Virus record (IMG/VR): IMGVR_UViG_3300048851_000105 | Span: 61,779 to 125,778 of that record | DNA length: 64,000 bases | Reading direction: 5' to 3' (one strand) | Source: a virus | Part shown: piece by piece, positions 63,001 through 64,000 of the stretch | How positions within the stretch are numbered: position 1 is the first letter of the stretch | Layout: the number at the start of each line of letters is the position of its first letter | Translations under genes and position numbers: made by a program | Notes under the pieces: model-generated | The model's database searches: none | The model's input: the letters and a program-made list of their open reading frames with translations, nothing else | What the model was told of the DNA's origin: nothing

Positions 63001-64000
63001 AGCCTCCGGCGCTGGCATCGGTGCGGCCGTGGGTTCCGTCGTGCCTGGAATCGGCACCGGCATCGGAGCCGCTGTCGGCGGCGTGGTCGGAGCGGGTGTC
63101 GGCCTCTTCACGTCCAGTGAGGAGGATCGCGACACCTTCTTCGACGACACGAACAAGATGGTCACCGACTTCTTCACGAAGACCATCCCGGACGCCGCGG
63201 CCAATGTCTGGGAGGGCCTCGTCGGCTTCGGAGAGTGGCTCGGGGAGCAGTGGGATAACGCCGTCCTCTGGTTCCAGGACCTGCCGTACAACGTCGGCGT
63301 CGCCATCGGCACCATCTGGGCCGAGGTCCAGAACTTCGGAGACTGGCTCGCCGAGCAGTGGAACAACGCCGTCGAGTGGTTCGAGTCGCTCCCGGAGAAT
63401 GTGGCTGAGACAGCCGGTGAAATCTGGTCTCAAATTCAGGCGATCGGCGAATGGCTGGGCGGCACCGTCTGGCCCGCTTTCCAGAAGTGGGTTCAGGGTC
63501 TCCCAAAGAGAATCGCTGATGCGGCCGGAAATCTCTGGAAGAACATCCAGGGCATCGGAAAGTGGCTGCGTGAGACCGTCTGGCCCGGGTTCACTTCCTG
63601 GATCGGCGGCCTGCCGAAGCAGATCGGCAACGCCGCGGGCAACATCTGGAAGAGCATCCAGGGCATCGGCGGCTGGCTCGGTACGCAGTGGAACACCCTC
63701 TACAACTGGGTGATGGGCATCCCCGGCCGGATCGGCAAGTCGGTCGGAGACTTCTTCGGCTGGATGTTCGGCAACACGGTGTCCGGGGCGAGCGCAGGCT
63801 ACAACAACACGCGCAAGAAGCCGGGCTACCGTGGCGGTCAGGTCACCCAGCGTGGCGTCATGCAGGCCTTCGCGGGCGGCGGTGCTGTGCGCGGCGCTCG
63901 CTCGAACGTCGACAACATCCCGGCCATGCTCACGGCGGGCGAGGTCGTCGTCCGCAAGCAGGTCGTCGACAAGGTCGGCATGCGGAATCTTCTCGACTTC
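60089..64000 (+). CDS. tape measure protein (runs off the window end)
   Basis: ATG 60089; Ala/Gly-rich; periodic Trp repeats; DNIPAMLTAGEVVV motif near the window end. Confidence 0.88.
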   Translation, partial: MADRETSVRYRALGDFASLARSTRTAKRNIDDLRKSEERLNATTAAGERSSASAVGQHTAAREKLATAADKGAGAVQRSTVRFLENARAARSSADATQSNATAQEQLANSTQKTEFATRRQRIEAERLAAGMGKSETATRRQRREQERFQATVKQSVDGVSKFQQGLNRLQNWRPRLTPPFIQLIPLLAGALGLINPLVAGVGALSAAGFGLATSLGSVAGVLATGFIPGIATAIGLVAALRSAFGGIGGAFKAFGQARNAAGGGGGGGASSRPIEITQTEKLARAQEDLARATQDVTFAQEDLNEARGGYVQRLKELQRAVDRAAMSEARAAANSQLARENYANVLADPGSTKGQKMDAAAGVKEAGAEYTDTVQENKKNQADLLEMQRRGMAQDRQVIQAQRGLTDAINRQRDAQIALANAQRGTNEAVGGGAAAMDEYQRLLDKLSPSARKFVEYIVGMTEEWEALQRATQESFFSEVVDDLDLLRKYLPPVQSMLTSIAGAAGRVFSRLLNRTTSPQWLADIVTFGNQAAPVIETIGDGLLDLLDAFRDLTIASMPFLQDLAEMFRDTSKEFSIFVANGRKSGSIAAWLEKGRQRLEQWSRIVGNIAKTLVNYGGASEDFANWVTDGLEQMTEGWLASSEAAKQAGSPFQDYLEDIRPLLSEVSGLIGDFFGWFSEEAMDPDNINQMLDIFQTLREDVGPALKSIFDSLSEAEIGPGLVEVIGKLIDFVAAVLEGGGADALAGFFDLVGNMLEALTDFAKTPAGNATLTALGATLAALAAMSFIGQFTGLTNLLGLILKFGKGGGIGTLGAIAKLLGVTGGGTTVVPGGGSGGGGGRHGSGTTIIGGSPDGGGRHGAPKAGGWKGAGRGGLALLGLDFLLDLGKGASKPGGAAAAKGAAGAAGGAAKGAGSWLGRLGGAAARGGAGGPIGIVAGLLGAVTGGAIADTAPGGKTGSAQRVGGNALAGAASGAGIGAAVGSVVPGIGTGIGAAVGGVVGAGVGLFTSSEEDRDTFFDDTNKMVTDFFTKTIPDAAANVWEGLVGFGEWLGEQWDNAVLWFQDLPYNVGVAIGTIWAEVQNFGDWLAEQWNNAVEWFESLPENVAETAGEIWSQIQAIGEWLGGTVWPAFQKWVQGLPKRIADAAGNLWKNIQGIGKWLRETVWPGFTSWIGGLPKQIGNAAGNIWKSIQGIGGWLGTQWNTLYNWVMGIPGRIGKSVGDFFGWMFGNTVSGASAGYNNTRKKPGYRGGQVTQRGVMQAFAGGGAVRGARSNVDNIPAMLTAGEVVVRKQVVDKVGMRNLLDF

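Noticed and set aside
62500-63110. Gly/Ala-rich low-complexity stretch suggesting a separate gene
   Set aside because: It is in frame within the tape measure ORF, where such segments are typical.
1-64000. Prophage or integration features
   Set aside because: No integrase, att-like boundary or flanking host housekeeping operon was seen; dnaN, dnaX and whiB are embedded among phage genes with phage motifs. Lifestyle cannot be determined from this window.

Overview
This window is a GC-rich tailed phage genome segment with siphovirus gene order. An actinobacterial host is inferred from a WhiB-like gene, DUF3039, an LAxTG sortase motif and many leaderless starts. Bases 1-25.5 kb hold a dense, mostly + strand run of small accessory genes (GNAT, HicAB, LPD29, 5'-nucleotidase, HD hydrolase, ART-like, WhiB-like, Cas4/RecB nuclease), with an isolated minus-strand amidase endolysin. 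Bases 25.5-35.7 kb hold a TetR-like regulator, a beta clamp, a sortase-anchored surface protein, a structured non-coding region plus a tRNA-like element, a half Rad50/SbcC ATPase, a DnaX clamp loader, a cytidylyltransferase and two glycosyltransferases. Bases 35.7-64 kb hold terminase, portal, two large effector-like proteins flanking a stand-alone MuF, protease/scaffold, decoration, major capsid, neck genes with an inserted glycosyltransferase, major tail, a frameshifted tail chaperone and a truncated tape measure. Highlights: (1) two putative capsid-packaged effectors share a ~140-aa N-terminal carrier region but carry different toxin-like domains, each followed by a small candidate immunity gene; (2) three distinct repeated promoter-like motifs partition the genome; (3) a promoter-driven, highly structured non-coding RNA candidate at ~29.9-30.3 kb. 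All functional calls come from motif recognition by eye; no database searches were run.
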